Below, piece after piece: positions 10,856-21,612 of a stretch of DNA of 64,000 bases. The notes under the pieces are model-generated. The model saw only the letters and a list, made by a program, of their open reading frames with translations, searched no databases and was not told the origin of the DNA. The stretch is from TPA_inf: Saccharomyces. Its lineage: Eukaryota. The translations under genes were made by a program, and so were the position numbers. The stretch's first letter is position 1. Every line of letters begins with the position of its first letter. The stretch lies in contig BK006947.3 of the NCBI GenBank assembly GCA_000146045.2, positions 416,001-480,000 on the forward strand. The letters are read 5' to 3'.

Positions 10856-11734
10856 CTTACACGTAAGTTTCTTTTTACTGGTCAAGTTGAAAAATAACCA
10901 ATAAATGATTATGGAAAGAACGTTGAAAGAGGAGAGAGGCTGACCCAAGAGGAGAAAACATCGAACCTACGCGACTCCATAGCGCACATCTCCCATGCGC
11001 CCGTGCTTATATATATATAAATATACATACACACATACATGCACGCACATACATGCACGCGCATGACAGTGACTGGCCGTTACTGTACAATTTTTTCAGC
11101 CAAGTATGACACACATTCAACTCAGCTTTTCTGAGGCCTTCTTTCTTTTCCTGCGCGTCGGTAGAGCGATGACTAACCTACTACTGTCTCAGAGCCGGTC
11201 CCGCTCCGGTAGCAATCCTGGGGCTGGTCATAACAGCCGAGTGGAAGTGTCAAAGCGGAGAACAGAAGCATAAGCTCAATCGCTGGACATACGGATGCTT
11301 ATATACGTCTTATTGTCGTTGAAAAATATCGAATTTTTTACTTCATTTATCGAGGCTTCTTCGAGCACTTTTCCGCTATGGCTTTTTCCCCGTTTCCTTT
11401 TAATCACGTGCGCGGGTAGCACCCGGCACACAGCTGGTGTCTCGTCGCACATGCTATTGTGTGTCATCGGGCCACACAAGCATATTGCTTGAATTTTCTT
11501 TCATCGTTCAACTTAAATCCACCCAATCTAGATGTAGCCGTAGCATGTAATAACGTATATCCTTGTTTACATGCATCTGTGCCAGGTGAAACGGTCTGTT
11601 TGAACGCACATCATTTCATATATTAGTCAACTCCTGAAGGTCTTCTTGCCTGTCCGTCAACTGTTTAGACAGACTCTCGTCAATAAAGCGCACTTCTGAT
11701 AAGCACTTTTATTCCTTTTTTTCCACTGTGAACG

Positions 11735-13753
11735 ATGAAGCAGGAGCAGTCCCACGAAGGCGACTCATACAGCACGGAATTCATAAATCTCTTTGGCAAA
11801 GATACCGCAACACACCCTAGCAGCAACAACGGTGCTAATAATAATGGCATGGGGAGCACGAACTCGTTGGACCAGTTTGTGGCAACAGCCTCATCGTCAT
11901 CTTCTCTGGTGACCAGCAGCGAGAATAGGCGCCCCCTAATAGGTGACGTTACCAATAGGGGCAACACTAACCTATATGACCACGCTGTCACGCCAGAAAT
12001 ACTCTTAGAACAGTTGGCCTACGTGGATAACTTCATACCATCTCTGGATAACGAGTTCTCTAATGTGGATTGGAATGTGAATACCACCCATAATAATGCA
12101 AACAATAATGGCGCGGACACTTTCAGCAGCATAAATGCAAATCCTTTTGACTTGGATGAACAACTAGCCATTGAGTTGAGTGCGTTTGCCGACGATTCTT
12201 TCATCTTCCCAGACGAGGATAAGCCGAGCAATAACAATAACAACAGCAATAATGGTAATGACGACCATAGCAACCACGACGTATTGCATGAGGACCCTTC
12301 TACCAATAATAGACAAAGAAATCCTCACTTCTTGACTCAAAGAAGGAATACTTTCCTAACTTCCCAATACGACCAATCAAAGTCTCGATTTTCGTCCAAA
12401 AACAAAAGAAATGGCAATAACGGCGAAACAAACAACTTTGGCGACAATATGCAAAATAACCATCCTTTTGAGCCAAACTTTATGGGAAGCCCTTCTCAGT
12501 TTCCCGCTGACGCAACTAATATGACATCAATCGACCATGGCGGCTTCACAAATGTTGACATTACATCAACTGAGAACAATACTACCGGTGACAATGGAGT
12601 GGATGCGCTATCAAATCTACTACATAGGACAACACACACACCGAACCGCTCCTCCCCCCTAAGCAATGTCACTTCTGCTCAAAATTCCTCTTCACAACAA
12701 CGAAAACATTCGGAAAGCAAAGTCGATAGTAACAGCGATAATAACAGCTCCAACAAAGCCCCCAATATAACTGTTCCTGACTATTCAATTATACCAACCT
12801 CTGTTTTAGTAACTCTATTACCGAGGGTCAACGTGCCCAACGGCGCATATAACTCGTTGATCAGCGCGGGATTTGACAATGATCAAATAGATGCTATAGC
12901 CGCAATAATGGCGTATCATCATCAAAAAAAGATTAGGGAAAATAACAGTAATAATAATAAAAACATCAACACCAATGACAGTCAAGAGGCACCCATTCTA
13001 AAAAACATCAACGAACTTTTAAGTGTCTTAATACCACCCTCTCCGGCTGAAACTGCTGCGCCAACTACCTTATCAACGTCGCCTTCGTTCAATGAGCACG
13101 GTGTAGTAGCAGAGGCTTCTTTTCTAAGCTCCATTTTGGAACTGGGCATAAAGCATCCAAAAAGTAATAATATTCACAATCAACGACAACCTTCACGAAA
13201 CGATCATAAAATATCAAGAGAGAGTGACGGTAACAATGGAAACGATAATGTCCATCATAATAACGCTGTTATTAAGTCAAGTACGACGCGTGGAGACGAA
13301 ATTGCCAAGATACGATCCGAGCCAACTTTAAATGCAAGTTCTTCTGATCACAAGGAAAATAGTTTAAAAAGATCACACTCCGGAGATTTGAAAAATAAAA
13401 AAGTACCCGTCGACCGCAAGTATTCTGATAATGAAGACGATGAATATGACGATGCAGATTTACACGGCTTTGAAAAGAAGCAACTGATCAAGAAAGAGTT
13501 AGGGGACGACGATGAAGATTTATTGATACAGTCGAAAAAATCTCATCAAAAAAAAAAACTAAAGGAAAAGGAGTTAGAATCATCGATACATGAACTGACC
13601 GAAATTGCAGCATCCTTACAAAAACGGATACATACGTTAGAAACGGAAAACAAGCTTTTAAAGAATTTAGTTCTGAGTAGCGGTGAAACGGAAGGAATAA
13701 AAAAAGCTGAAAGCTTAAAGAAGCAAATTTTTGAGAAGGTTCAGAAAGAATAA
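11735..13753 (+). CDS. MET4: bZIP transcriptional activator of sulfur amino-acid metabolism (672 aa). Asn-rich low-complexity regions, C-terminal basic region and leucine zipper.
   Basis: Translation MKQEQSHEGDSYSTEFINLFGKD... with a C-terminal basic and heptad-Leu region (KKKLKEKELESSIHELTEIAASLQKRIHTLETENKLLKNLVL). Confidence 0.92.
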   Translation: MKQEQSHEGDSYSTEFINLFGKDTATHPSSNNGANNNGMGSTNSLDQFVATASSSSSLVTSSENRRPLIGDVTNRGNTNLYDHAVTPEILLEQLAYVDNFIPSLDNEFSNVDWNVNTTHNNANNNGADTFSSINANPFDLDEQLAIELSAFADDSFIFPDEDKPSNNNNNSNNGNDDHSNHDVLHEDPSTNNRQRNPHFLTQRRNTFLTSQYDQSKSRFSSKNKRNGNNGETNNFGDNMQNNHPFEPNFMGSPSQFPADATNMTSIDHGGFTNVDITSTENNTTGDNGVDALSNLLHRTTHTPNRSSPLSNVTSAQNSSSQQRKHSESKVDSNSDNNSSNKAPNITVPDYSIIPTSVLVTLLPRVNVPNGAYNSLISAGFDNDQIDAIAAIMAYHHQKKIRENNSNNNKNINTNDSQEAPILKNINELLSVLIPPSPAETAAPTTLSTSPSFNEHGVVAEASFLSSILELGIKHPKSNNIHNQRQPSRNDHKISRESDGNNGNDNVHHNNAVIKSSTTRGDEIAKIRSEPTLNASSSDHKENSLKRSHSGDLKNKKVPVDRKYSDNEDDEYDDADLHGFEKKQLIKKELGDDDEDLLIQSKKSHQKKKLKEKELESSIHELTEIAASLQKRIHTLETENKLLKNLVLSSGETEGIKKAESLKKQIFEKVQKE

Positions 13754-13776
13754 AATAACAGACTATACAGTTTAAT

Positions 13777-13796
13777 TATATATATATATATATATA
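13777..13796. repeat. (TA)10 dinucleotide microsatellite 23 bp downstream of the MET4 stop.
   Basis: tatatatatatatatatata read directly. Confidence 0.9.
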
Positions 13797-13878
13797 CGTG
13801 CATTTTTCTTAAAGAAATATAACTTTTTTCTTGTACTGCCTGCAATCTCTATTCTTCATTCATCACACATCTATTCAA

Positions 13879-13925
13879 ACGCGTTAAAATTTTTTTGTTA
13901 GCCTATAAGTAAAACGCGTCGCGTG
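13879..13925. promoter_or_regulatory. MluI cell-cycle boxes (MCB, ACGCGT) upstream of POL1. ACGCGT at 13879..13884 and ACGCGTCGCGTG at 13914..13925 lie about 165-210 bp before the ATG.
   Basis: Exact ACGCGT hexamers read from the sequence. POL1 is a classical MBF/MCB-regulated G1/S gene (established). Confidence 0.75.
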
Positions 13926-14086
13926 TATCCAATTTTACTGAATTAAATTCTTTACTCATTGGATGATATATATCTTCTTGGTCTAGACAACGAACACATA
14001 CCAATTCAGACTCACGAGAAAAAAAACTGTCTTCACTCTGCTATTAGAAACCAAATAGTATCAAGGCATAAAATAAACAGTGGAAA

Positions 14087-17000
14087 ATGTCTTCTAAAAG
14101 TGAAAAATTAGAAAAATTGAGAAAGCTGCAAGCCGCTCGAAATGGTACATCCATCGATGATTACGAAGGTGACGAATCAGATGGTGACAGAATATACGAC
14201 GAAATCGACGAAAAAGAATACAGGGCCAGAAAGCGCCAGGAATTGCTGCATGACGATTTTGTTGTAGATGACGATGGTGTAGGCTACGTCGATCGTGGTG
14301 TCGAAGAAGATTGGAGGGAAGTTGATAACAGTTCAAGTGATGAAGACACTGGAAACCTTGCTAGCAAGGATTCTAAAAGGAAGAAGAATATAAAAAGGGA
14401 GAAAGACCACCAGATTACAGATATGCTGCGAACTCAACATTCCAAATCAACACTGCTAGCACATGCAAAAAAATCCCAAAAAAAAAGTATCCCCATCGAT
14501 AATTTTGATGACATTCTTGGTGAGTTTGAATCTGGTGAAGTAGAAAAACCCAATATTTTACTGCCATCCAAATTAAGGGAAAATTTAAATTCTTCGCCGA
14601 CTAGTGAATTTAAATCGTCAATAAAGAGAGTTAACGGAAACGATGAGTCAAGTCATGATGCCGGTATTTCTAAAAAAGTCAAGATTGATCCAGATTCAAG
14701 TACTGATAAATATTTAGAAATCGAATCATCACCGTTAAAATTACAAAGCAGGAAACTGCGCTACGCAAATGATGTACAGGATTTATTGGATGATGTGGAA
14801 AATTCCCCAGTAGTAGCCACAAAGAGACAGAATGTACTTCAAGATACGTTACTAGCAAATCCACCATCCGCTCAAAGTTTGGCTGATGAAGAAGATGATG
14901 AAGATAGTGATGAAGATATTATTCTGAAAAGAAGAACTATGAGAAGTGTGACAACAACTAGACGCGTGAATATAGACTCAAGAAGTAACCCTTCAACTTC
15001 ACCGTTTGTCACAGCACCCGGAACGCCAATCGGTATTAAAGGACTAACTCCAAGTAAATCTTTGCAGAGCAACACCGATGTTGCTACACTTGCGGTTAAT
15101 GTCAAAAAGGAAGATGTGGTAGATCCGGAAACTGATACTTTCCAAATGTTTTGGTTGGATTACTGTGAAGTGAACAACACTTTGATTTTATTTGGTAAGG
15201 TTAAACTAAAGGATGATAATTGTGTGTCAGCCATGGTTCAAATCAACGGTCTCTGTAGAGAGCTATTTTTCCTTCCAAGAGAGGGTAAAACACCTACCGA
15301 TATACACGAGGAAATAATTCCGTTACTGATGGATAAATATGGACTGGATAATATCCGCGCTAAACCTCAAAAAATGAAATATTCGTTTGAGCTTCCTGAC
15401 ATTCCATCTGAAAGTGATTATTTGAAAGTCTTACTTCCATACCAAACACCGAAGTCCAGTCGAGACACCATTCCATCGGATTTATCTAGCGATACCTTTT
15501 ATCATGTTTTTGGTGGGAATTCCAATATTTTTGAAAGTTTTGTTATTCAAAATAGGATTATGGGACCATGCTGGTTAGATATAAAGGGAGCAGATTTCAA
15601 TTCAATTCGTAATGCTTCTCACTGTGCGGTTGAAGTTTCGGTAGATAAGCCTCAGAATATCACGCCTACTACAACAAAGACAATGCCTAATCTGAGATGT
15701 CTATCTTTATCGATTCAGACGTTAATGAATCCCAAGGAAAATAAGCAAGAGATTGTTTCGATAACGTTATCAGCATATAGAAATATCTCGTTGGATTCAC
15801 CGATACCTGAAAATATAAAACCAGACGACTTGTGTACTTTAGTAAGGCCGCCTCAGTCAACTAGTTTCCCATTAGGTTTAGCTGCACTGGCAAAACAGAA
15901 ACTACCCGGTAGAGTCAGGTTGTTCAACAACGAAAAGGCCATGCTATCTTGTTTTTGTGCTATGTTAAAAGTGGAAGACCCAGATGTTATCATAGGCCAT
16001 CGTTTGCAAAATGTCTACTTAGATGTTTTAGCTCATAGAATGCATGATCTCAACATTCCAACGTTCAGCTCTATTGGCCGTCGTTTAAGAAGGACTTGGC
16101 CTGAAAAATTCGGTAGAGGAAATTCGAATATGAACCATTTTTTTATTAGTGACATTTGCTCTGGTAGGCTGATATGTGATATCGCCAATGAAATGGGTCA
16201 ATCATTAACACCCAAATGTCAAAGTTGGGATCTTTCAGAGATGTATCAAGTTACATGTGAAAAGGAGCATAAGCCGTTAGATATTGATTATCAAAATCCA
16301 CAATACCAAAATGATGTAAATAGTATGACAATGGCCCTACAAGAGAATATTACTAATTGTATGATTTCTGCTGAGGTGTCTTATAGAATTCAATTATTAA
16401 CCTTGACTAAACAGTTGACAAATTTGGCTGGTAATGCATGGGCCCAAACGCTAGGCGGTACAAGAGCTGGTAGAAATGAGTATATCTTACTACATGAATT
16501 TTCAAGAAATGGTTTTATTGTTCCTGACAAAGAAGGCAATAGAAGTAGAGCTCAGAAACAAAGACAAAATGAAGAAAATGCTGATGCACCAGTTAATTCT
16601 AAAAAGGCAAAATATCAGGGTGGTTTAGTTTTTGAACCTGAGAAAGGTCTTCATAAGAATTACGTTTTAGTCATGGACTTTAATTCTTTGTATCCATCTA
16701 TTATCCAGGAATTTAATATATGTTTTACCACCGTTGATAGAAATAAGGAAGATATCGATGAGTTACCAAGCGTACCTCCTTCAGAGGTGGATCAGGGTGT
16801 TTTACCAAGGTTATTAGCTAATCTGGTGGATCGTCGACGTGAAGTTAAGAAGGTGATGAAAACTGAAACTGATCCCCATAAGCGAGTTCAATGTGATATT
16901 CGTCAACAAGCTCTAAAATTGACTGCCAATTCTATGTATGGTTGTTTGGGTTATGTTAACAGTAGATTTTACGCAAAGCCGCTCGCCATGTTAGTCACTA

Positions 17001-18493
17001 ATAAGGGTCGTGAGATTTTAATGAATACAAGACAACTAGCTGAAAGTATGAATCTTCTTGTAGTTTATGGTGATACAGATTCGGTCATGATAGATACCGG
17101 TTGTGATAATTATGCGGATGCAATTAAAATTGGCTTGGGATTTAAAAGGCTAGTAAATGAGCGCTATAGATTATTGGAGATTGATATTGATAATGTTTTT
17201 AAGAAGTTACTATTACATGCCAAGAAAAAGTACGCTGCTTTGACTGTAAATTTGGACAAAAATGGTAATGGAACTACTGTTCTAGAAGTTAAAGGGTTGG
17301 ACATGAAGCGTCGTGAATTTTGTCCACTTTCGAGGGACGTTTCTATACATGTTTTAAACACCATCCTGTCAGATAAGGACCCAGAAGAAGCATTGCAAGA
17401 AGTGTATGATTACTTAGAAGACATCAGAATAAAAGTGGAAACCAATAACATTAGAATTGATAAATATAAGATCAATATGAAGCTTTCAAAAGATCCCAAG
17501 GCCTACCCAGGTGGTAAAAACATGCCTGCAGTCCAAGTAGCTCTAAGAATGCGTAAGGCTGGTAGAGTTGTTAAAGCTGGCTCTGTCATCACTTTTGTGA
17601 TCACAAAGCAGGATGAAATAGACAATGCAGCGGATACGCCGGCTCTTTCTGTGGCTGAACGTGCCCATGCATTGAATGAGGTAATGATTAAAAGTAACAA
17701 TTTGATACCTGATCCACAATATTATCTCGAGAAACAAATATTCGCGCCGGTAGAAAGGTTGTTAGAAAGAATTGATAGCTTCAACGTGGTGCGTTTGAGT
17801 GAAGCGCTTGGTTTAGATAGTAAAAAGTATTTTAGAAGAGAGGGCGGTAATAACAATGGAGAAGATATTAATAATTTGCAACCCTTAGAAACAACAATTA
17901 CAGACGTTGAAAGGTTTAAGGATACTGTAACATTAGAATTAAGTTGCCCATCATGCGATAAAAGGTTTCCATTTGGTGGTATTGTATCTTCAAATTACTA
18001 TCGCGTGTCATATAATGGTTTACAGTGCAAGCATTGTGAGCAACTTTTTACTCCTCTTCAATTAACTAGCCAAATAGAGCATTCTATAAGGGCACACATT
18101 TCCTTATATTACGCAGGGTGGTTACAGTGTGATGACAGCACATGCGGTATAGTTACAAGACAAGTCTCCGTTTTTGGTAAGCGTTGTTTGAATGACGGCT
18201 GCACGGGTGTCATGAGATACAAATACAGTGACAAGCAATTGTACAATCAACTTTTATATTTCGATTCTTTATTCGATTGTGAAAAAAATAAAAAGCAAGA
18301 ATTGAAGCCAATATATCTACCCGATGATCTCGACTACCCCAAGGAACAGCTGACAGAATCATCTATTAAGGCTTTAACAGAACAAAACAGAGAACTAATG
18401 GAAACCGGCCGGAGCGTTGTTCAAAAATATTTGAACGATTGTGGACGTCGCTACGTTGATATGACTAGCATATTTGATTTCATGCTAAATTAG
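14087..18493 (+). CDS. POL1: DNA polymerase alpha catalytic subunit (1468 aa). Family-B polymerase motifs and C-terminal zinc modules.
   Basis: Translation carries the family-B motifs DFNSLYPSII, KLTANSMYGCLG and YGDTDS, plus C-terminal CysA/CysB clusters (CPSCDKRF..., CDDSTCGIVTRQVSVFGKRCLNDGC). Confidence 0.96.
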   Translation: MSSKSEKLEKLRKLQAARNGTSIDDYEGDESDGDRIYDEIDEKEYRARKRQELLHDDFVVDDDGVGYVDRGVEEDWREVDNSSSDEDTGNLASKDSKRKKNIKREKDHQITDMLRTQHSKSTLLAHAKKSQKKSIPIDNFDDILGEFESGEVEKPNILLPSKLRENLNSSPTSEFKSSIKRVNGNDESSHDAGISKKVKIDPDSSTDKYLEIESSPLKLQSRKLRYANDVQDLLDDVENSPVVATKRQNVLQDTLLANPPSAQSLADEEDDEDSDEDIILKRRTMRSVTTTRRVNIDSRSNPSTSPFVTAPGTPIGIKGLTPSKSLQSNTDVATLAVNVKKEDVVDPETDTFQMFWLDYCEVNNTLILFGKVKLKDDNCVSAMVQINGLCRELFFLPREGKTPTDIHEEIIPLLMDKYGLDNIRAKPQKMKYSFELPDIPSESDYLKVLLPYQTPKSSRDTIPSDLSSDTFYHVFGGNSNIFESFVIQNRIMGPCWLDIKGADFNSIRNASHCAVEVSVDKPQNITPTTTKTMPNLRCLSLSIQTLMNPKENKQEIVSITLSAYRNISLDSPIPENIKPDDLCTLVRPPQSTSFPLGLAALAKQKLPGRVRLFNNEKAMLSCFCAMLKVEDPDVIIGHRLQNVYLDVLAHRMHDLNIPTFSSIGRRLRRTWPEKFGRGNSNMNHFFISDICSGRLICDIANEMGQSLTPKCQSWDLSEMYQVTCEKEHKPLDIDYQNPQYQNDVNSMTMALQENITNCMISAEVSYRIQLLTLTKQLTNLAGNAWAQTLGGTRAGRNEYILLHEFSRNGFIVPDKEGNRSRAQKQRQNEENADAPVNSKKAKYQGGLVFEPEKGLHKNYVLVMDFNSLYPSIIQEFNICFTTVDRNKEDIDELPSVPPSEVDQGVLPRLLANLVDRRREVKKVMKTETDPHKRVQCDIRQQALKLTANSMYGCLGYVNSRFYAKPLAMLVTNKGREILMNTRQLAESMNLLVVYGDTDSVMIDTGCDNYADAIKIGLGFKRLVNERYRLLEIDIDNVFKKLLLHAKKKYAALTVNLDKNGNGTTVLEVKGLDMKRREFCPLSRDVSIHVLNTILSDKDPEEALQEVYDYLEDIRIKVETNNIRIDKYKINMKLSKDPKAYPGGKNMPAVQVALRMRKAGRVVKAGSVITFVITKQDEIDNAADTPALSVAERAHALNEVMIKSNNLIPDPQYYLEKQIFAPVERLLERIDSFNVVRLSEALGLDSKKYFRREGGNNNGEDINNLQPLETTITDVERFKDTVTLELSCPSCDKRFPFGGIVSSNYYRVSYNGLQCKHCEQLFTPLQLTSQIEHSIRAHISLYYAGWLQCDDSTCGIVTRQVSVFGKRCLNDGCTGVMRYKYSDKQLYNQLLYFDSLFDCEKNKKQELKPIYLPDDLDYPKEQLTESSIKALTEQNRELMETGRSVVQKYLNDCGRRYVDMTSIFDFMLN

Positions 18494-18998
18494 GTAAGTA
18501 TTTTGTATGTGTTGTGTGATCTCATGAATATTCTATATAGTAAGAAAAGAATACAACTGTACATACGCATCCTACTAGATACCTAATGTACAGACATCGG
18601 AAGGAGCGCTAGGAAGCTTTTATTATTGAAGGTTTTCAGCGATATTCTGAGAATGTTTTTTCGGCTCTGGTGATCAGTTCTCACATGCATCATCCTTTAA
18701 TAAACCCATGCATTAAGATTCGCCTTATCAGCAAGATCAGATAAGCGAACAGCTTCATCAATGAAATAGAATGCTTAAATCTTGTGAAGCACTGTCATAA
18801 GCCAGTTTGATAAAAGCAATACCCACAATATAGTTGGATATCATTTACCTTGATCTGCTCTTGCTTTCGAGGTGACATAGCATTTTTAGCCATCTGATTC
18901 CTTAGGTTCAAAGGCACTCATCATTCCTCCTCTAAAACACATTTCAACGTCATTCATAATCTGGAATCAACATAACAATATCCTAGAACACATCATCA

Positions 18999-21140
18999 AT
19001 GGTCACTAACAATGGAGATGGTGAGCACCTTGGGATCCGAAGAAACGGAAATTTAAGGCATCCTTCCAATAATATGAAAATTCCCAGAAGGGCTCAATCA
19101 ACAGTTCTCAATTCAAACCCATTTTATAGTAGGAAGTATTCTATGTCTACCTTAACGCCGAGGGATATATGTCGAAGCGTTGATTCTAGAGTATTTGTGG
19201 ATATGTCTTCTCCCAATTTTCAGACTCTGGAGGATCCCCACAGAGATGAGATTATAAACAGTGTACGGCTTAACTACTTGAACAGTAGCAAAAGAAGTTC
19301 CGTCTCTCATGGAAATGAAGCAATCCCTAGGGTTAATCCGACTAAGAATTCTTCAGCAAGTACCATAGCTGCAGCAAATGTTGATAGTGATGACGATGAG
19401 ACTAACCTGAGTAGCGCTGGAGGCGACATAACGCATGATATTTACAAGTTGGTTAAAGCAGAGGATCCTAAACGGCTCAGACGCCCTCGGTCCATGGAAA
19501 ATGTAACACCTAAAATTGAGCACCATACTAAATTGTCATCAGCAAGTGGTTTAAATGTCCCCGGTGGCTTCAGAAGGGAATTTATTGTCAACAAAAAAAG
19601 GCAAGAACATCAATTAAATGATTCCGCTAGCTCAGACTTCACTTCGCATGAAAGCGATTCGATTAACCAGTCATCTCCATCTTCTAACCAAGATATCGAT
19701 AAGGTCCCCTTTTTAACAAGAAACTTTTTGGAATTTCTATACGTGTTTGGACATTTTGCTGGTGAATCCTTCGAGGATGATTTTATCCCTGATAGCTCAA
19801 ACATGATGATACGCGGAGAAGATGAAAGGAGTGCATTGCTGTCTCGGCCTGACCATATGAAAGTATTACCTTCAGCCAAAGGTACGACTTCGACAAAGAA
19901 GGTTTTTTTGATATTGCTTAAATCTTTCATTGGAACTGGCGTTTTATTTTTACCTAATGCCTTTCATAATGGTGGTTTGTTTTTCTCAGTAAGTATGCTG
20001 GCCTTTTTTGGAATTTATTCATACTGGTGTTACTACATATTGGTGCAGGCCAAATCTTCATGCGGTGTATCCTCCTTTGGTGATATTGGTTTAAAACTGT
20101 ATGGACCTTGGATGAGAATAATAATTCTTTTCTCCCTAGTAATAACTCAAGTTGGATTCTCTGGAGCTTATATGATATTTACTGCAAAAAATTTACAAGC
20201 TTTTCTTGATAACGTATTCCATGTGGGCGTCCTACCTTTATCTTACCTGATGGTCTTTCAAACGATCATTTTTATTCCACTTTCGTTTATTAGAAACATT
20301 TCGAAATTGTCACTACCATCTTTACTAGCAAATTTTTTCATCATGGCTGGTTTAGTCATTGTCATTATTTTTACAGCCAAAAGGTTGTTTTTTGACCTGA
20401 TGGGGACCCCAGCAATGGGTGTCGTCTATGGCTTAAATGCAGACCGTTGGACGCTGTTTATCGGGACGGCAATATTTGCTTTCGAAGGAATCGGGTTAAT
20501 TATTCCTGTTCAAGACTCAATGAGAAATCCTGAAAAATTTCCTTTAGTACTTGCTTTGGTGATTCTAACGGCAACCATACTTTTCATTTCCATAGCTACA
20601 TTGGGATATTTGGCATACGGCTCAAATGTTCAAACGGTTATACTGTTGAACTTACCTCAAAGTAACATTTTTGTAAACTTAATCCAGCTGTTCTATTCCA
20701 TCGCAATTATGTTGTCCACACCTTTGCAGTTGTTTCCAGCTATTAAAATTATTGAAAATAAGTTTTTTCCAAAGTTCACTAAAATATATGTCAAGCACGA
20801 TGATCTAACAACAAGAGTCGAATTACGTCCTAATTCAGGAAAGCTGAACTGGAAAATTAAATGGCTGAAGAACTTTATTCGTTCTATAATCGTAATCATT
20901 GTTGTATCAATTGCTTACTTTGGGTCTGATAATTTAGACAAGTTCGTTTCAGTTATAGGATCCCTCGCCTGTATTCCTTTGGTATATATATACCCATCGA
21001 TGCTGCATTTACGGGGCAATAGCCTTCCAGAGACTAAAGGGGAATTTTGGAGATTCAAACCAATGTTAGATACCATTTTAATTTTCTTCGGTATTGCAAG
21101 CATGCTTTATACGTCTTACCAGAGTATATTCGGTGTCTAG
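18999..21140 (+). CDS. AVT4: Vacuolar amino-acid transporter of the AVT family (713 aa). Hydrophilic N-terminus, multi-pass C-terminal domain.
   Basis: Long hydrophilic N-terminal region followed by about 11 hydrophobic segments, as in AAAP/SLC36-like permeases. Synteny as YNL101W. Confidence 0.86.
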   Translation: MVTNNGDGEHLGIRRNGNLRHPSNNMKIPRRAQSTVLNSNPFYSRKYSMSTLTPRDICRSVDSRVFVDMSSPNFQTLEDPHRDEIINSVRLNYLNSSKRSSVSHGNEAIPRVNPTKNSSASTIAAANVDSDDDETNLSSAGGDITHDIYKLVKAEDPKRLRRPRSMENVTPKIEHHTKLSSASGLNVPGGFRREFIVNKKRQEHQLNDSASSDFTSHESDSINQSSPSSNQDIDKVPFLTRNFLEFLYVFGHFAGESFEDDFIPDSSNMMIRGEDERSALLSRPDHMKVLPSAKGTTSTKKVFLILLKSFIGTGVLFLPNAFHNGGLFFSVSMLAFFGIYSYWCYYILVQAKSSCGVSSFGDIGLKLYGPWMRIIILFSLVITQVGFSGAYMIFTAKNLQAFLDNVFHVGVLPLSYLMVFQTIIFIPLSFIRNISKLSLPSLLANFFIMAGLVIVIIFTAKRLFFDLMGTPAMGVVYGLNADRWTLFIGTAIFAFEGIGLIIPVQDSMRNPEKFPLVLALVILTATILFISIATLGYLAYGSNVQTVILLNLPQSNIFVNLIQLFYSIAIMLSTPLQLFPAIKIIENKFFPKFTKIYVKHDDLTTRVELRPNSGKLNWKIKWLKNFIRSIIVIIVVSIAYFGSDNLDKFVSVIGSLACIPLVYIYPSMLHLRGNSLPETKGEFWRFKPMLDTILIFFGIASMLYTSYQSIFGV

Positions 21141-21612
21141 ACGATATATGTTGTTGCTTCATAAAGAATTTATTTGGAATCGAGGAACACTATTTTGCCA
21201 TTGTCGCCATTGACAGCTTGCAGTTGCAAACGTCTTCTTAATTCACTTTATATAAACAAGGACCGCCAGGTCACAGTATTATTCGCACGAAATTATGTAG
21301 TAGGTAAAAAACACTAAAAGCATTACCCCTATATTGTTATTTAATGTTCCATCTACGATTAGTAGGTGGTGAGCATGTCTGAATATACACAATTTCATAT
21401 TTATTATCAAGTTCAAGATTGCCAGAATTTTATTTTTTTTTCCAATCTGCGAATAAGCTTGATCCGATTACTCCGCTTAATGCCCCGACAACCTGAGAAC
21501 TTTTAAACATATCAAGGAGTAGAGTGGGATTAATGACAATGTGATAGTTTCATAATTAAAGTAAGCAGTCAAAGACAGAAGCAGCACACCATTTACCAAT
21601 ACAGCTTCCAAA

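Noticed and set aside
11188-11212. gccggtcccgctccggtag as a Leu3 (UAS-LEU) site upstream of LEU4.
   Set aside because: Leu3 needs CCG-N4-CGG (GCCGGNNCCGGC). The spacing here is off by one or more in every register I tried. It may be a diverged site, but I cannot support it.
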